Positions 63,713-64,000 of a DNA stretch of 64,000 bases are shown here, in pieces. Every line of letters starts with the position of its first letter. Position 1 is the first letter of the stretch. Position numbers and translations under genes: made by a program. The notes below the pieces were generated by a model. The model saw only the letters and a list, made by a program, of their open reading frames with translations, searched no databases and was not told the origin of the DNA. This stretch comes from Eukaryota sp. GEM-RC1. Lineage: Eukaryota. The stretch covers positions 620,001-684,000 of the forward strand of contig JAUFOQ010000004.1 of NCBI GenBank assembly GCA_040285855.1. The letters run 5' to 3'.

Positions 63713-64000
63713 ACATAAATACGGTACCGGTATAGTGTTGGCGAAAAAGATGGTAGCAGAAAAAGATGGGGAAATTGAACTACATGTATACTAACTAGTA
63801 AAAATCCACCATTATTTTTCCCACCATCCATTTCTTTGGGTCCTTTTTATGTCTATTAACTTTAATTAGTTTTAGATAAAGTTGTTTATAAATGTAACAT
63901 TAAAAAAGAAATGAAGAAAACACCTGACTGCATTATGGTGAAATTTTCATTTTGACCGAAAATATATGGTGGCGAAAAAAGATGGGGAAATTGTTCTTAA

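Noticed and set aside
63735..64000. Repeated gaaaaagatggggaaattg motif beside the tRNA
   Set aside because: Likely the start of another repeat element cut by the window edge; cannot be defined.

Overview
AT-rich eukaryotic DNA from a compact protist genome. It has 27-34 nt GT-AG introns, uses the standard genetic code, and carries many single-base indels, often in homopolymers, which suggests an unpolished long-read assembly. Housekeeping genes are MUS81, a DYRK1-like kinase, phosphoglucomutase, two CLN3, two PLAC8, PP2A B55, a CEP76-like protein, RPAP2/Rtr1, an XPG-family nuclease, HSBP1 and tRNA-Thr(AGT). They are interspersed with many hAT and pogo-type non-autonomous elements and relics of RLE-type non-LTR retrotransposons. 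Main candidate for a new system: a ~5 kb minus-strand element at ~31.3-36.1 kb. In order it contains structured 88-bp repeats, a leader ending in a 2A/StopGo motif (DIESNPGP), a Ulp1/SENP8-type protease, a PolB-type DEDDy 3'-5' exonuclease domain running into a Fanzor (eukaryotic TnpB) whose RuvC-III Asp reads as Asn, and a hairpin-containing 3' region where an omegaRNA is expected. A diverged exonuclease relic lies at 43.8-44.4 kb. Second highlight: two inverted paralogous BspA-like surface-protein genes whose predicted cytoplasmic N-terminus is a degenerate piece of pyruvate phosphate dikinase; each is preceded by the 3' end of a different Fanzor family. All family assignments come from motif recognition by eye; no searches were run.
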